54,157 bases of DNA from Candidatus Adlerbacteria bacterium (GTDB lineage Bacteria > Patescibacteriota > Minisyncoccia > Phycocordibacterales > SBAW01). The translations under genes were made by a program, and so were the position numbers. The DNA lies in contig CAINNF010000020.1 of assembly GCA_903851045.1 (NCBI GenBank), positions 1-54,157 of the forward strand, in the 5' to 3' direction. Under the pieces are notes generated by a model. The model made no database searches and was not told the origin of the DNA. It saw only the letters and a list, made by a program, of their open reading frames with translations. Of this stretch, positions 8,430-15,445 are shown piece after piece. The stretch's first letter is position 1, and each line of letters begins with the position of its first letter.

Positions 8430-8918
8430 CTATTTGCGCAGGACACAGACGAACGAGTAGTCAGTGGCACCGAAGAACGCCCGCGCGAACTCCGCGACCA
8501 CCCACGGGTTGTAGTACTTGCAGGAGAAGATGTCGGGATACGCTGCGCCGGTTTGGTCGGCGAAGTGACCGGTGATACAAGATGTCTCGATAAGTTGGAC
8601 CAGCGAAAGTCCCGAGACCCTTGGGTCTTCGCCGAAGTTCACGACCACACAGTCACCGAAACGGTTCATGCCGATGAGCTCACAGAGCTCGATGGTGAAG
8701 CGCTCGACGGCGGCAGGGTCGCTGATCGTGCGAGGGTCGCAGTGATGGAGGTCGATGGAGGTCGACAATCCCCACGCGTCTTCTGCTTCGTACGCTGTTC
8801 GTATCGCAGTGTCGTCACGACTGGTGGCCAAGGGGTCGTCACTGTCGTATGCACCAAGCACTCGTGTCATCAATCCATCCTTCGTATCTTGGAGAAAAAG
8901 AACAGGTACCAGTACCAA
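8430..8918 (-). CDS. S-adenosylmethionine decarboxylase-like pyruvoyl enzyme (SpeD/SpeH family); substrate uncertain
   Basis: WGLSTSIDLHHCDP...LCELIGMNRFGDCVVVNFGEDPRVSGLSLVQLIETSCITGHF...AYPDIFSC aligns by eye with small bacterial/archaeal AdoMetDC proenzymes (..VISESHLTIHTWPE..). The start may be the internal ATG at 8870 (MTRVLGAYD...). Confidence 0.65.
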   Translation of the reverse strand: MVLVPVLFLQDTKDGLMTRVLGAYDSDDPLATSRDDTAIRTAYEAEDAWGLSTSIDLHHCDPRTISDPAAVERFTIELCELIGMNRFGDCVVVNFGEDPRVSGLSLVQLIETSCITGHFADQTGAAYPDIFSCKYYNPWVVAEFARAFFGATDYSFVCVLRK

Positions 8919-9037
8919 CTGGCGGTTTGTTTGCCGCTGGTAACCTGCGGTTCCAATACGGACGAAAATCAGTTTGCACCATATATACGATTAACGCAAG
9001 TTTTTTCACCGGGGGGCTGTGCATAAATGCTATTTTC

Positions 9038-9046
9038 TGCTACTAT
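9038..9046 (+). promoter_or_regulatory. Extended -10 box (TGcTACTAT) upstream of tRNA-Ile
   Basis: tgctactat lies ~67 nt upstream of the tRNA 5' end. Same box type as the other promoters in the window. Confidence 0.45.
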
Positions 9047-9085
9047 GGCGAGCGAAACTCACTAGTGTGGGCTTCTGCGGGTTTA

Positions 9086-9118
9086 CCCGCCGAAGCTCGC
9101 GTAGCGAGCGAAGGCGGG
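9086..9118 (+). repeat. GC-rich hairpin repeat, copy D (its 3' arm overlaps the tRNA-Ile acceptor stem)
   Basis: cccgccgaagctcgcgtagcgagcgaaggcggg, with outer CCCGCC/GGCGGG and inner GCTCGC/GCGAGC pairings. Confidence 0.55.
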
Positions 9119-9186
9119 CATAGCTCAGCTGGTAGAGCATTCGACTGATACTCGAAAGGTCCTAGGTTCGATCCCTAGTGCCCGCA
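9114..9186 (+). tRNA. tRNA-Ile (anticodon GAU); CCA not encoded
   Basis: Hand-folded cloverleaf. Acceptor GCGGGCA/UGCCCGC. D arm GCUC-AGCUGGUA-GAGC. Anticodon arm UUCGA-CUGAUAC-UCGAA. Variable loop AGGUC. T arm CUAGG-UUCGAUC-CCUAG. Discriminator A. Confidence 0.95.
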
Positions 9187-9202
9187 CAGAAACATACAGA
9201 TT

Positions 9203-9808
9203 GTGGCCCAAATCACAGAACAAAGCATAAAAGCCTCAAAGGATGCTTGTAACGAAATTCTTGGTAGGTTGAAGCTTATTGAAGACGCAATAATGCTTTT
9301 TCACTTTTTAGGTCATGAGCTTGATAGGAAGATAAGAGAGGCTCATAAACATGATCTACCTTTACAGGAAGAGAGATTGAGATATATTGTGACCTCGTAT
9401 GCATTTATTCAAACAGCGGCAATTTTGGATTGTAATGGAATGTTCTCTTTGCATGTTCGAAAAGACAAGGGTGAATATTGTCTCTCTAAATCAAATTTTT
9501 CAAAACTATTTCCGGTCTTGGACGAGGAAACAAAAAATGAAGTCTTAGAGAAGACGAACTTAGTACTTCAGAAGCATAAAAGGACTATCGAGACAGTCTT
9601 TAAGACAAGACACGAGAAGATAGCTCATATTGGCAGGATTACTTACAAACTAGGCAAAACAGAAGATTATTCGTGGTATATACCGAGTAGTTTAATTCCA
9701 ACTTCCTTTAGATATAAGAGGTTGCTGGAACTAAGTCGCGATCTGGATGATGCTTTATGTTGGCCGATAGGCTCTTACCTTGATCGATTTTTTGGTAATA
9801 TAGTATGA
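9203..9808 (+). CDS. Hypothetical all-alpha protein with a HEPN-like R-x5-H motif (AbiU2/AbiV-like abortive-infection candidate)
   Basis: GTG start 17 nt after the tRNA. KTRHEKIAHIG fits the HEPN Rx4-6H motif in the C-terminal third of a ~200-aa protein. Lies in the low-GC islet. The family call is tentative. Confidence 0.4.
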   Translation: MAQITEQSIKASKDACNEILGRLKLIEDAIMLFHFLGHELDRKIREAHKHDLPLQEERLRYIVTSYAFIQTAAILDCNGMFSLHVRKDKGEYCLSKSNFSKLFPVLDEETKNEVLEKTNLVLQKHKRTIETVFKTRHEKIAHIGRITYKLGKTEDYSWYIPSSLIPTSFRYKRLLELSRDLDDALCWPIGSYLDRFFGNIV

Positions 9809-9820
9809 CATACCGAATGG

Positions 9821-9845
9821 GAAAAAGGTGTCAGGAACCTTTTTC
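9821..9845 (+). terminator. Hairpin terminator after the HEPN-like gene
   Basis: gaaaaaggt-gtcagga-acctttttc, a 9-bp stem with a T-run in the 3' arm. The A-run that follows could let it work bidirectionally. Confidence 0.45.
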
Positions 9846-9903
9846 TAAAAAAAACAGTCGAGGCACAAAAAAACGCTAGCAGACATCTATCGAGAAAAAG
9901 AGA

Positions 9904-10101
9904 ATGTACTATAATGCGGACATGGACGTCGGAGACCTAAAAAATGTCGTGTGGCGAGAGGGGGCGTACTTCGTCGCACAGTCATTAGACGTCGAAGTGT
10001 CGAGCTTTGGAAACACTCGTGCCGAGGCGCTCTCGAACCTCCGCGAAGCCCTTGAACTATATTTCGAGGACGCTCCGGGCGAGCTTGTTCTCAAGCTCTA
10101 A
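9904..10101 (+). CDS. HicB-like (UPF0150) antitoxin-fold protein, orphan
   Basis: VVWREGAYFVAQSLDVEVSSFGNTRAEALSNLREALELYFED matches the HicB N-terminal domain pattern (..GgyvA..pel.g..sqGeT.eEAl.n..EAlelyle). No adjacent hicA. Confidence 0.55.
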   Translation: MYYNADMDVGDLKNVVWREGAYFVAQSLDVEVSSFGNTRAEALSNLREALELYFEDAPGELVLKL

Positions 10102-10147
10102 CTCTGTCGTTAGATAAAGTGGATTGGTTGGTTTCATTCCAACATTC

Positions 10148-10252
10148 TCAAGAATATGAGAATGAAAGATCTCGATAGAACCCCAAAGACCGCTCCAAAT
10201 CCGCCACCGTCAAATGCATATGCCCAATAGTCGTCTCCGGATGCGCTTTCAT
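10148..10252 (-). pseudogene. Remnant of a VOC/glyoxalase-family gene (N-terminal 34 codons only)
   Basis: The minus strand reads MKAHPETTIGHMHLTVADLERSLGFYRDLSFSYS*. HMHLTVADLERSLGFYRD is the typical first beta-alpha unit of VOC proteins. The ORF ends prematurely. Confidence 0.4.
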
Positions 10253-10332
10253 TTGTGCAGTATGGCAGATGGGGGTTACAAAAAGATTTACCGGAACCGT
10301 TACTCTTTATTCGATCAAACAGAGAGGCCCAT

Positions 10333-10824
10333 TTAGTTCTTGAGCTTTTCTATTTTTTTCTTTATCTCATAAGGCTCATCTACTGCCTCCAAAAGCATGT
10401 CGTGTTGGCGTAATAGACCAAAACCGCCAGCACCAGCAGTCTTAATGACTACATTCCCTGTTTGGGTGTGTTTGTGCATCATGAAGAACGATTCCGAAGC
10501 TGATAACTCAACAATGCTACTGTATGGAATACTGGTTGAAGTTGTGGATAGCCACCCAGTATGAATGAGAATGCGTTTGTTAGTGAGTGCGTAGGCACGC
10601 GATCGAGGTAAGTAAACGCGGTAGAAGAAATATATCAACCCACTAATCAGGGCTAGAAATGGGATACCAAAAAAAGGAAAGAACAGAGTCCAAGAAAACA
10701 GCAGAACCAAGACAATAAGTTGCCACTTAAAGCAGAATTTGCAATACCTTTCACTTATCGAAAACTCAAACTTTATATCTTCTCCCTCATTTAGGGTGCG
10801 TTTCCATATTTCTTCGTATTTCAT
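10333..10824 (-). CDS. Membrane protein with a bacterial PH domain (bPH_2 / YdbT-like)
   Basis: Two TM helices (LIVLVLLFSWTLFFPFFGIPFLALISGLIYFF) followed by YALTNKRILIHTGWLSTTSTSIPYSSI. Confidence 0.7.
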   Translation of the reverse strand: MKYEEIWKRTLNEGEDIKFEFSISERYCKFCFKWQLIVLVLLFSWTLFFPFFGIPFLALISGLIYFFYRVYLPRSRAYALTNKRILIHTGWLSTTSTSIPYSSIVELSASESFFMMHKHTQTGNVVIKTAGAGGFGLLRQHDMLLEAVDEPYEIKKKIEKLKN

Positions 10825-10944
10825 AAAAAATCTGAGGGGATTATTAAGTTTCCTTTAATGAATAGAGTTTACTGTCTGAACATGGTTTCGTCTATATAAA
10901 AAGGTATACCAGTTTTCCTTCTCTCCGCTTTTTATGACAAGTAG

Positions 10945-11472
10945 ATGACCTCGGTTAGAATACTACTGATGCTACACACTAGACAGGTAATGGTATATTT
11001 TGTGCGCCGCATTGACGCTAATGAACAAAGCGCCGAATTTTGGCATGGGTTGATGCAACGATTTGATTTAGAACATATAATACTTTTTGACACATATTTC
11101 AGGCAAGATTTCAGAGAGACGTTGTGGAGTATTCTTTATCGTCTCACTGGGTGGCAACTAACAGGAGAAAAACGGCAAGCGATTTGCAGTAAACGAAATA
11201 CTAAACGCTGGAGAGAAGTACAATATCTTATAGACAAGTGTATAGAGCATGGGTATTTAACAGTTGCACTTAAAGACGTGCAACCTTATCGCTCAAAACT
11301 ACAATGCACCAATAAAGGGCGTTCTATCCTGAGCTGGATAAATTTTGCAAACGAGCTTCTAAAGGAATATAACCCTCTTGTCACGTTCCTCCTGGGTGTT
11401 ATCGGTTGTGCAATTTTTATCCAGCTCATTGAACTTCTGTCTAACAAAGTGTTACAGTGGCTGCATATTTGA
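10945..11472 (+). CDS. Hypothetical protein with a possible winged-helix region and a C-terminal TM helix
   Basis: ORF in the low-GC islet. EVQYLIDKCIEHGYLTV...KLQCTNKGRSIL looks wHTH-like. C-terminal LVTFLLGVIGCAIFIQLIELL. The start is uncertain (internal ATG gives MVYFVRR...). Confidence 0.45.
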   Translation: MTSVRILLMLHTRQVMVYFVRRIDANEQSAEFWHGLMQRFDLEHIILFDTYFRQDFRETLWSILYRLTGWQLTGEKRQAICSKRNTKRWREVQYLIDKCIEHGYLTVALKDVQPYRSKLQCTNKGRSILSWINFANELLKEYNPLVTFLLGVIGCAIFIQLIELLSNKVLQWLHI

Positions 11473-11604
11473 GTGGTTAGATGTCAGACAATGTTGTGTA
11501 GGAATTAGATGTCAGGAACCTTTTATCAAGCTCACTTTTTCTGAGTTGAAAACTTTTTTGGTGGTGGTAGGCTGGCAGCCAATTACCAGACAAGCCATAG
11601 GCAT

Positions 11605-12042
11605 ATGGAAAAGGATTTTGATGCGTGGAATAAGGAAAAGAAGGTGGTGGACCAGAGGATTACGAATCGGGACCTATTTTTCTATGCTCGGGAAGTGTGG
11701 TGGTGTAGCGCGAGGCTAAACGTTGGCGTTGAGGCGGACGGCAAGCATGATAACTTCGAGCGTCCCATGCTCATAGTGAAAAAGTTCAATGCCGATATGA
11801 TATGGGTGTTGCCGCTCACTTCGACCGAAAAACACAATAAGTACTATTTTAAGTTAACGCACGAGTCCCTGCAGGCATGGGTGGTCCTATCTCAGATAAA
11901 GACCATAAGCACCAAAAGACTGTTGCGAAAAATGGTGACCGTATCAGAGTCCGATTTCGCGGAGATTATACAGCGGGTGAGAGATGCCCTAAAAATCGAA
12001 AGTCCCCGCTCGGGGGACTTTCTCGGAGGCCGAAGCCACTAA
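11605..12042 (+). CDS. PemK/MazF-family toxin-like protein
   Basis: REVWWCSARLNVGVEADGKHDNFERPMLIVKKF...IWVLPLTSTEK...WVVLSQIKTISTKRL follows the MazF/PemK SH3-like barrel pattern. No obvious cognate antitoxin immediately upstream. Confidence 0.65.
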   Translation: MEKDFDAWNKEKKVVDQRITNRDLFFYAREVWWCSARLNVGVEADGKHDNFERPMLIVKKFNADMIWVLPLTSTEKHNKYYFKLTHESLQAWVVLSQIKTISTKRLLRKMVTVSESDFAEIIQRVRDALKIESPRSGDFLGGRSH

Positions 12043-12110
12043 TATGCAAAGTGTAGTAGAGCGGGGAAATGAAGTCAAGTTGAGGGCTATCTATCGCAAA
12101 ATAGGGAATG

Positions 12111-12119
12111 TGGTATACT
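12111..12119 (+). promoter_or_regulatory. Extended -10 box TGgTATACT, 7 nt before ATG 12127 (leaderless)
   Basis: tggtatact 12111-12119; ATG at 12127. Confidence 0.55.
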
Positions 12120-12126
12120 GCTTTAC

Positions 12127-12486
12127 ATGAATAAGACCCAGGACATAGCGGGTTTTAGGGAGAAGTTGCCAGCCCGGGTGGTTATCAATGTCGAGAATAC
12201 CGACGATGGTTTGTGGGCGAAGGTGTCGACACCTGATGGCACACTCTCGAATTGTTATGCGCAGGCGGCGAATGCGGTCGAGTTAGTGACCATGGTGAAC
12301 GACGCGATTTTCACCCATTTTGAAGTGCCCGAAGATGTGCGCAGCTGCATCGGCTACTATGTACCGTTGTCGGACGCGCATGTCCAGTGGGAAGAGATGT
12401 TTAACAAGCTGGTGTCTATGGAGAAGCAACTTGACCTCCAAGGTGATAGTGAGACAACTTTAACTTTAAAGAAAACTGTCTGCTAA
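12127..12486 (+). CDS. Putative antitoxin (HicB/DUF1902-like fold) paired with the downstream HicA-like gene
   Basis: VVINVENTDDGLWAKVSTPDGTLSNCYAQAANAVELVTMVNDAI resembles the HicB N-domain pattern. The gene ends 12 nt before the HicA-like ORF. Confidence 0.4.
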   Translation: MNKTQDIAGFREKLPARVVINVENTDDGLWAKVSTPDGTLSNCYAQAANAVELVTMVNDAIFTHFEVPEDVRSCIGYYVPLSDAHVQWEEMFNKLVSMEKQLDLQGDSETTLTLKKTVC

Positions 12487-12498
12487 CACTGCGTATCC

Positions 12499-12765
12499 AT
12501 GGCAAAACCGAAAGGAGGAAAGCCAAAACTCGCTGCTTGTACTCCAGACGACGTGTTCGGTGCGCTTCGCAAGTTGGGCGGATTCTCTACAACGTTTGAG
12601 AGTGCGAAACACACTAAGGTCACTCACATGGCTACGGGTCATGCGGCCACCATTCCTCGCCACTCTCCGGTCAACAGAGGACTTCTAAAAGATTTTGTTG
12701 AAGATTATTTGGTCGGCAAGTGCGGTCTCAGTGAGAGTGAAATTTACAAACACCTTTGGTGTTAA
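12499..12765 (+). CDS. hicA: HicA-family (YcfA-like) mRNA-interferase toxin-like protein
   Basis: DDVFGALRKLGGFSTTFESAKHTKVTHMATGHAATIPRHSPVNRGLLKDFV fits the HicA pattern (..l.k.GF......GSHh...h......tvP.H....l..g.l..i). Confidence 0.55.
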   Translation: MAKPKGGKPKLAACTPDDVFGALRKLGGFSTTFESAKHTKVTHMATGHAATIPRHSPVNRGLLKDFVEDYLVGKCGLSESEIYKHLWC

Positions 12766-12771
12766 TCAGTT

Positions 12772-13230
12772 ATGTCCGAACAAGCTCTCTTTGGCACGAA
12801 GCAGGGTGGGGTCGAGTATATCGAGCGGCATGGGGCGTATGGGGTCGCTATACGAGGAGATACCGTGTTGATCGAGATGGCGCGGCTCGGCTACTTTCTA
12901 CCTGGTGGGGGAGTTGATGCGGATGAGACGATCGAACATGCGTTGCATCGGGAATTTGCAGAAGAGACCGGATACGAGATCGGTTCTACGCAGGAGATCG
13001 GTATGGCGGTTGAGTATCAGAATGATCTGTATAAAGGCGAGCCTATGTATGTAAAGAGGATCGGGCATTTTTATCTCGTGGAGCTGGGTGACAAGAACGA
13101 GCCGACCTACGCGGACGGGCACATGTACCCGGTCGAGTGGGTGTCCGTGTCGGGGGTGGAAGAAAAAATGTATCTACGGTCGCAGTGGTGGGCGATCGAG
13201 GAGGCGATACGTATGTCGCGTATTGGTTAG
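12772..13230 (+). CDS. NUDIX hydrolase
   Basis: GGGVDADETIEHALHREFAEETGY matches the Nudix box GX5EX7REUXEEXGU. Confidence 0.85.
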   Translation: MSEQALFGTKQGGVEYIERHGAYGVAIRGDTVLIEMARLGYFLPGGGVDADETIEHALHREFAEETGYEIGSTQEIGMAVEYQNDLYKGEPMYVKRIGHFYLVELGDKNEPTYADGHMYPVEWVSVSGVEEKMYLRSQWWAIEEAIRMSRIG

Positions 13231-13248
13231 TTTTGTTAGGATACGTGT

Positions 13249-13344
13249 ATGGAAGAACACTTTATCGGCAAGATTGCGCAAAAGGCGATCATTGAGCGAG
13301 ACGGGAAGGTGCTCATTACGCGAGACGCTCGTGATAGTGATTAG
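13249..13344 (+). pseudogene. Truncated second NUDIX gene (N-terminal 31 codons, then stop)
   Basis: MEEHFIGKIAQKAIIERDGKVLITRDARDSD* followed in frame by WESPGVV*. The pattern ..RDGKVLITRD....W.(L)PGG is a Nudix N-terminus interrupted by TAG at 13342. Confidence 0.5.
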
Positions 13345-13400
13345 TGGGAATCGCCTGGGGTCGTCTGAACAGTGTAGTGAGTCGCGCTGACACTTCACCA

Positions 13401-13429
13401 TTGCGTTTTTTTGGGTGCCTTGGTATAGT
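13401..13429 (+). promoter_or_regulatory. Sigma-70-like promoter (TTGCGT - 17 nt - TGgTATAGT)
   Basis: ttgcgt 13401-13406, 17-nt spacer, tatagt 13424-13429 with TG at 13421-13422. ATG 13436 lies 6 nt after the -10 box. Confidence 0.6.
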
Positions 13430-13435
13430 CCACGT

Positions 13436-13516
13436 ATGGACGCAACCCGCGCACATCACCACGGCATGATGGCACTTCTCCTTCGAACGAGGAGCGGGTT
13501 TTTTGTGTCCGTGTAA
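13436..13516 (+). CDS. Candidate leaderless 26-codon leader peptide (MDATRAHHHGMMALLLRTRSGFFVSV)
   Basis: ATG at the predicted TSS. The ORF runs through segment 1 of the alternative-pairing set (13489-13502) and stops 14 nt beyond it. It contains a CAT CAC CAC run. Confidence 0.35.
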   Translation: MDATRAHHHGMMALLLRTRSGFFVSV

Positions 13517-13540
13517 ACCACATCCACGAACACAAGCGCG

Positions 13541-13585
13541 AAAACCCGCTCCTCGTCTGAGGAGCGGGTTTTCTCTTTATTTCGA
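13541..13585 (+). terminator. Strong intrinsic terminator; the terminator arm of a candidate attenuator
   Basis: aaaacccgctcctc (13541-13554) - gtct - gaggagcgggtttt (13559-13572) is a perfect 14-bp stem followed by ctctttatttcg. Segment 13489-13502 is an exact second copy of the 3' arm. Confidence 0.7.
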
Positions 13586-13600
13586 TTCCCGACAGCATCT

Positions 13601-14023
13601 ATGAACATCATCTTCGACTTCAACAGGACCATATACGACCCGGATACGAGCACGTTGGTGCCGGGAGTGTTGGATGTGCTTACGACATTCATCGCTCGTG
13701 GTGCGGTACTCCATCTTGTCTCTCGACGTGAGCCTGGTCGCGAGGTCCTGCTCGACGATCTCGGTATCACCCAGTTCTTTCGCAGTACGTCCTTTGCGAA
13801 CGAAAAGGAGGTTGCGATACGGCAGATAATCGAGGCGAGCGAGGGGGTGGTGTATGTCGTCGGTGACCATCTCCACGACGAGATACGCATCGGCAATCGG
13901 CAGGGTGCCCGCACCGTGTGGTTCAAGAGAGGGAAGTTCGCGGGGTTGGTGCCGGAAGGGTCAGTGGATATACCGTGGCGCACGATAGAACGGATGGAGG
14001 ACCTTGTGGAACATATCGCTTGA
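13601..14023 (+). CDS. Small HAD-superfamily hydrolase-like protein
   Basis: Motif I is FDFNRT (D-x-N-x-T, second Asp replaced by Asn). Motif IV is VVGDHLHDEI. 140 aa, no cap domain. Confidence 0.65.
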   Translation: MNIIFDFNRTIYDPDTSTLVPGVLDVLTTFIARGAVLHLVSRREPGREVLLDDLGITQFFRSTSFANEKEVAIRQIIEASEGVVYVVGDHLHDEIRIGNRQGARTVWFKRGKFAGLVPEGSVDIPWRTIERMEDLVEHIA

Positions 14024-14115
14024 TCGTTGCCTTGCTGGCGGAGTCTAGAAACCGCCAGCAAGGCGTCTGTCAGGACGCCGAAGTTCTTTCCACAACACCT
14101 TCGAGGGGGTAACCA

Positions 14116-15360
14116 ATGGACACCTTGAGTGCGGTATCTGCACAAGTGGTCGACCTGGGGTTCGACCGCGCACATCTCGAGTTCTACCTCGCGCGGTGCG
14201 GCTACTGGGGCGATGCGTCGCGTCGGAAGCGTCATGACTACGTGTTGTCGCCGTCCGTGTACGTACTGTCGGCACAGCAAGAGGCACAGGTCGAGCGTCT
14301 CGCCAAGGCGACGTATGCTGCGGTGCGTACGCTCAACCAAAAGCTGTGTGCATCGGCACGCAAGCCGTACCCTTCGTCGCACGAAGAGGCACTGCTGCTT
14401 CGTTTTGCGAACAGTGCCTCGCGTGGGCTGCTGCGCCCGCATGACGGGGAGGCCGACATCCCGCCGGTGTTCAAGGTCGACCTGGTGCAGGATGCGCTCG
14501 GTCGATTCTTCATCGTCGAGGCGGATGTCTATAATCCGCGCGGCTATGGATACGCTGCGATGCTCGAAGAGAGTATCAGCAAAGTATCGTATGCTCGGCG
14601 GTTCCCAGGTATCGAAGGACTGCGGCAGCTCTTGTACTCCAGCGGTGTGCGGGATCAACCGCTCTACGTGCTCGTGTCCGAGTACGAGCGCTACTATGAG
14701 ACCATGTTCGGTATCCTCTGCGAGGCTCTGTCGCGGCGGGGTATGGACGCGCGATTGATCCGTGACCGAGACCTGGTGGGTCGTTCGATCGATCTGGACG
14801 GTTCGTTGTTCGCGCTGCCGGATACGCTCGACAAGTTCCCAGAGGTCCGTGGGGCTTTGCTGGGGCAGTACCGGCGGGGCGCATTGCGGACGGTATATCC
14901 GGTGGTTTCGTACCTGGGGTCGAAAGCGTTCTTGCCGTTCTTGCGCGAGCAGGATGGTATGGACGAGTTCATCCCACCGACCACGCTGGTGTCGAAAAAG
15001 CACAACGGTTGGATACCGATGTGCGGGTCTGGTCGCCCACTCGTACTCAAGGCACATGTGTCCGCTGGCATGAAGGGGGTGCTCTTCTCCGATCTTGACC
15101 CGCAGGCGTTCGATGACCGTCTTGCACAAGCTCGGTCGGTCAGGGACCCTTCGTGGATCTTGCAGGAGCAAGTACCGCAGGTCGCGACTCCAGTCGTCGT
15201 ATTCGACGAGCAAGGTAACCGTCGGATCGACGACTACTACCTGCGGCTCGTCGCGTTCGTGACCGCAGACGGGGTGCTCGACATCGAGGTGACCGGTCGG
15301 CCCGACCGCAAGGTGCACGGTGCGCCGGACTGCATACAACTGCCCGTCGTCCTTTCTTGA
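14116..15360 (+). CDS. ATP-grasp-superfamily ligase (glutathionylspermidine-synthase-like / circularly permuted ATP-grasp type)
   Basis: VFKVDLVQDALGRFFIVEADVYNPRGYGYAAMLEE resembles the ..Df..d.dG..kvlE.N.dtP.G.. core. LVLKAHVSAGMKGVLF and YYLRLVAFVTADGVLDIEVTGRPDRKVHGAPDCIQLPVV resemble the C-terminal strands. The family call is by eye only. Confidence 0.5.
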   Translation: MDTLSAVSAQVVDLGFDRAHLEFYLARCGYWGDASRRKRHDYVLSPSVYVLSAQQEAQVERLAKATYAAVRTLNQKLCASARKPYPSSHEEALLLRFANSASRGLLRPHDGEADIPPVFKVDLVQDALGRFFIVEADVYNPRGYGYAAMLEESISKVSYARRFPGIEGLRQLLYSSGVRDQPLYVLVSEYERYYETMFGILCEALSRRGMDARLIRDRDLVGRSIDLDGSLFALPDTLDKFPEVRGALLGQYRRGALRTVYPVVSYLGSKAFLPFLREQDGMDEFIPPTTLVSKKHNGWIPMCGSGRPLVLKAHVSAGMKGVLFSDLDPQAFDDRLAQARSVRDPSWILQEQVPQVATPVVVFDEQGNRRIDDYYLRLVAFVTADGVLDIEVTGRPDRKVHGAPDCIQLPVVLS

Positions 15361-15373
15361 ACAGTACGGCAAC

Positions 15374-15408
15374 ACCCTCGAACAGCGATGTTCGAGGGTT
15401 TCTTTTTT
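15374..15408 (+). terminator. Intrinsic terminator after the ATP-grasp gene
   Basis: accctcgaac-agcgat-gttcgagggt (10-bp stem) followed by ttctttttt. Confidence 0.8.
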
Positions 15409-15445
15409 ATATGTATACTTTGATGAGGGACATCCATCTTCCATC

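Larger units (their letters stand above)
9187..12100. other. Low-GC islet abutting the tRNA-Ile 3' end (TA/Abi-like genes, gene remnant); right boundary approximate
   Basis: Hand count of 9241-9300 gives 22/60 G+C, against 36/60 at 3001-3060 and 29/60 at 13601-13660. Contents are listed separately. I found no integrase and no direct repeat of the tRNA 3' end. Confidence 0.5.

Noticed and set aside
8860-8885. AAGGATGG upstream of the internal ATG (8870) of the speD-like gene, as a Shine-Dalgarno site
   Set aside because: It is an isolated case in a window that otherwise lacks SD motifs, and the 16S shows no CCUCC next to helix 45. I kept it only as a note on start-codon ambiguity.
8274-9026. 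250-aa plus-strand ORF downstream of the 16S
   Set aside because: It is antisense to the AdoMetDC-like gene, which has family motifs. The plus-frame product has none.
9830-9843. The 14-mer gtcaggaacctttt shared by 9830-9843 and 11511-11524 in the low-GC islet
   Set aside because: A few exact 14-mer coincidences are expected by chance in a 54-kb window. Only the first copy forms a hairpin. That is not enough to call a repeat element.
9187-12765. Integrase, att sites or transposase for the low-GC islet
   Set aside because: I looked for a direct repeat of the tRNA-Ile 3' end (ggttcgatccctagtgcccgca) and for recombinase-like ORFs and found none. The islet is therefore reported only as compositionally distinct, not as a defined mobile element.
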